Below are positions 29,361-32,000 of a stretch of 32,000 nt of DNA, piece by piece. The stretch covers positions 443,581 to 475,580 of the forward strand of contig NC_000909.1 in the NCBI RefSeq assembly GCF_000091665.1, given 5' to 3'. Position 1 is the stretch's first letter. Every line of letters starts with the position of its first letter. A program made the translations under genes and the position numbers. Under the pieces are notes generated by a model, which saw only the letters and a list, made by a program, of their open reading frames with translations, ran no database searches and was not told where the DNA came from. The stretch is from Methanocaldococcus jannaschii DSM 2661. Lineage in GTDB: Archaea; AGJL01; Methanococci; Methanococcales; Methanocaldococcaceae.

Positions 29361-30165
29361 TCTTTAACTTCTCAATCAACTTATGCAATTCCTCAACAAA
29401 CTCTGGTTTCTCTATATCTAAAAACTCACCAACAACAATTTTTCCATTCAACTCCTCTTCACTCATATCCTTAGCTTTATTTAAGTGTATTGAGTTCTCT
29501 TTTAAGAATTTAATCATATCAGCTGGCTTTCTTGAGATGTTGAATCTTCCATAGTATGTTGGACATTGAGAGACAACCTCAATAAACGCAAATCCTTTCT
29601 TTTGAATACCCTTCTTAATTGACCTAACAAGCTGAATTGGATGAGCTGTTGTCCATCTTGCTACATAAGTAGCTCCTGCCGCAATCGCCATTTTACACAA
29701 ATCCATAGTATTTTCTATACTACCATAAGGTGCTGTTGTTGCCTTTTTACCATAAGGTGTTGTTGGTGAAACTTGCCCCCCAGTCATTCCATAGATATTA
29801 TTGTTTATACAGATGACAGTTAAATCTATGTTTCTTCTGCATCCATGGATGAAGTGATTTCCACCTATAGCTGCCAAATCTCCGTCCCCAGTAAATACAA
29901 CAACATGTTTATCTGGTCTTGCTATTTTAATTCCTGTTGCAAACGCTATAGGTCTTCCGTGGGTTGTGTGTAAGGAATCACAGTATAAATAACCAGGAAC
30001 TCTTGAAGAACAACCTATACCTGAAACAGCTATATAGTCCTCTGGCTTTATATTTAGCTCTTCAATAGCCTTTAAAAAGCAATTCATAACAATTCCATTT
30101 CCACATCCAGAACAGAAGATGTGTGGCAATCTATCTTGCCTCATGTATTTTAAAGCTGGATGCAA
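29353..30165 (-). CDS. korB: 2-oxoacid:ferredoxin oxidoreductase beta subunit (KorB-like)
   Basis: IFCSGCGNGIVMNCF, VFTGDGDLAAIGGNHFIHGCRRNIDLTVICINNNIYGMTGGQVSPTTP (TPP binding). Confidence 0.93.
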   Translation of the reverse strand: MHPALKYMRQDRLPHIFCSGCGNGIVMNCFLKAIEELNIKPEDYIAVSGIGCSSRVPGYLYCDSLHTTHGRPIAFATGIKIARPDKHVVVFTGDGDLAAIGGNHFIHGCRRNIDLTVICINNNIYGMTGGQVSPTTPYGKKATTAPYGSIENTMDLCKMAIAAGATYVARWTTAHPIQLVRSIKKGIQKKGFAFIEVVSQCPTYYGRFNISRKPADMIKFLKENSIHLNKAKDMSEEELNGKIVVGEFLDIEKPEFVEELHKLIEKLKSE

Positions 30166-30291
30166 TTTACCACCTCAAATAATTTTTAATTTATAATGGA
30201 TACCCCAAATAGAGATAGAGTTAAGCCCTATTTTAATCAAACGAACTCATCTCCTCATAACTACCGCATGGCTAAGCTCAAACATTGCTCC

Positions 30292-30445
30292 CAACCTTTT
30301 AGTAAAAGGTTACTCGAACAACCTTTTAGAAAAGGTTGATCAAAACTTAGTTAAATAGGTATCCCAATAGGGCGAAGCTATGGTGCGTTGATCAAAACAG
30401 ATGCATTACCTCGCTACGCTCGGTAATGCCTCTTAGCATAGCTAT
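30292..30445. mobile_element. Composite hairpin element, locus 10
   Basis: AACCTTTTAGTAAAAGGTT, AACCTTTTAGAAAAGGTT, GTATCCCAATAGGGCGAAGCTATGG and GGCATTACCGAGCGTAGCGAGGTAATGC (reverse strand). Flanks 30251-30291 vs 30446-30486 (35/41). Confidence 0.85.
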
Positions 30446-31224
30446 TTCCTCATAATTACGGCATGGCTAAGTTCGAACATAGCTCCAGATAGCTCGTTAC
30501 CAATATCTTGAATATCAGCTAAACTTAATTCAATCTCATCTCTTTGGATGGATATAGCAACTGGTAAATACTTATAGGCGATTTCAAACATCTCAAAGGG
30601 ATTACATAACAAATCAACAGCCATTAGTCCATTAAAATTCTCATTATTTTCATTGAAGTTTTTAGTTATAATCTTGTTGATTATAATCTCATCCCTATCC
30701 AAAGAAATAAGCAGGTTTTTTACCACTTCATTTTCATTTTTTCCAATAGCTTCAAACACTGCCTTAACTCTTATAAACCCTTCTTCTTCAAAATCGGCTA
30801 TTTCATCTTCATCATACTTGCCTTTTTTATATCCCTCAACATCTATATCTTTTTTCTCTTTAACATATACATCAAATCCAATCTTATATGTATCCATAAA
30901 TGATTTAAACGCACTTATAACCAAAGCTAAAACTTCATTTATCTCATTAGCTGTGAGTTTTAATTTCTCTGGTTTTATAACTTCAATATCTGCCCCATAT
31001 TTTAAACAGAAGTTTATATAATCCTTAAAGTTATCAAAATTTATCTCAAATTCTCCAATTTTTGTATAAAACTTTAAATTTTCGTCTTCTTCTATGTCTT
31101 CATCTACATATTTAAGTTTAGCATTATATTTTTCTTTCAGCTCATTAGCCAAATTTTCAAATTCTTTTTCAACAATTTCTTTAGAATTTCCTTTAACTTC
31201 CTCTAATGCGTGTATTTTTATCAT
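30442..31224 (-). CDS. Conserved hypothetical protein (acidic, about 260 aa)
   Basis: Long ORF, good archaeal codon usage; no family recognised confidently. Confidence 0.7.
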   Translation of the reverse strand: MIKIHALEEVKGNSKEIVEKEFENLANELKEKYNAKLKYVDEDIEEDENLKFYTKIGEFEINFDNFKDYINFCLKYGADIEVIKPEKLKLTANEINEVLALVISAFKSFMDTYKIGFDVYVKEKKDIDVEGYKKGKYDEDEIADFEEEGFIRVKAVFEAIGKNENEVVKNLLISLDRDEIIINKIITKNFNENNENFNGLMAVDLLCNPFEMFEIAYKYLPVAISIQRDEIELSLADIQDIGNELSGAMFELSHAVIMRK

Positions 31225-31248
31225 CTTACCACCAAAAAAAGTAAAAAA

Positions 31249-32000
31249 TTATTCAAATAATGAATATCTTCTTATAACAAAATCTTTTCCAAGAGTTGCT
31301 AAGAAAGCTCCTAACTTTGGCCCGTACTTTTTACCTAAGAGTATCATATACGATGCTTGGAAGGCATCTCTTGGATTTAAGCCAAGTTCTTTTGCTGTTT
31401 GATAAATCAACTCATGCAAGTTTAAAGCATCAAACTCTGCTGTTTTTAATTTTTCAGCGAAGTATTTAATCCATTCTTTTTGTTTATCCTTCAATTTTTC
31501 ATATATCTCTTTTGCCTCATCCTCACTAATTATAACCAACTTTTCTCCATACTTCAAAGCCCAGTTTCTTGCCATTAACAATCTATCTTTCAATTTTTTC
31601 ATGCTGAACTCATCAATATCATCTATACTATAGTTATTTCTTCTTAATATTTCAAATACTCTCTCCATATTAATATCTTCCTTCTCTTCATCATAAGTTA
31701 GCTGAGCAATGATTGAACAGAATCTATATGGTATAACAAACGGCTTAGTTTCAGGGATTTTTGGTGTTGATAACTCATAAATTCTTATCTTTTCTTGTTC
31801 TTCTTCACTTAACTCATCTTTATCTTTGTTGTTAAAGTAGAAATCCTCTAATCTATCATATTCATCCACTAAGTCAGGAATTTTCTTCAAATCAAAGTCT
31901 ATATGCTTTGTTGGCTTACTTCTCAACAATAAGAATCTTAAAATCTCTGGGTGGGCTATATTAGTCCAATCCTTTACAGCAAACACAACACCTTTTGAAG
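31249..32000 (-). CDS. lysS: Class I lysyl-tRNA synthetase, C-terminal part; N-terminus beyond window
   Basis: FVIPYRFCSIIAQLTYDE, LNPRDAFQASYMILLGKKYGPKLGAFLATLGKDFVIRR; open to window edge. Confidence 0.85.
   Translation of the reverse strand, partial: SKGVVFAVKDWTNIAHPEILRFLLLRSKPTKHIDFDLKKIPDLVDEYDRLEDFYFNNKDKDELSEEEQEKIRIYELSTPKIPETKPFVIPYRFCSIIAQLTYDEEKEDINMERVFEILRRNNYSIDDIDEFSMKKLKDRLLMARNWALKYGEKLVIISEDEAKEIYEKLKDKQKEWIKYFAEKLKTAEFDALNLHELIYQTAKELGLNPRDAFQASYMILLGKKYGPKLGAFLATLGKDFVIRRYSLFE

Noticed and set aside
9481-30445. Interpreting the hairpin elements as simple rho-independent-like terminators
   Set aside because: They lack consistent terminal U-tracts, sit between co-transcribed eha genes, share specific non-stem sequence (TTGGGATAC) and have duplicated flanks.

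Overview
This window looks like a Methanocaldococcus (M. jannaschii-like) chromosome. The taxon is inferred from protein recall and low-GC archaeal promoters; no search was run. Left to right it contains: aroA (3' part), aksA-type homocitrate synthase, a pyruvate-kinase C-terminal-domain protein, a polysaccharide-deacetylase-like protein, hisH, TBP, the L12/P0(L10)/L1 ribosomal stalk genes, an archaeal thymidylate synthase, two OB-fold/Zn-finger proteins, a near-complete Eha energy-converting [NiFe]-hydrogenase operon (ehaA-O plus three polyferredoxins), an HTH regulator, a ZPR1-like Zn protein, a universal stress protein, a geranylgeranyl reductase plus ferredoxin, a divergent flavodiiron protein, an HDAC-family deacetylase, korC/korB, and class I lysS (partial). 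The main finding is a family of about ten short modular hairpin elements (about 60-230 bp; core CCATAG-stem-loop-CTATTGGGATAC). Nearly every copy sits between two diverged direct repeats (about 16-46 bp) of the end of the neighbouring gene. Six copies are in the eha operon. In several, the duplicated segment is exactly the ancestral stop/RBS/start overlap, so both flanking genes stay intact. Other unlisted features are: a decayed HTH-LAGLIDADG homing endonuclease next to thyA; an orphan mini-CRISPR at 27.86-28.11 kb and a decayed CRISPR at 7.34-7.51 kb with a different repeat; a C/D box sRNA at 23.37-23.43 kb; a frameshifted ehaE missing from the ORF track; an L1 autoregulatory hairpin; and a flavodiiron protein lacking canonical iron ligands. 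I see no cas genes and no clear new defence system.
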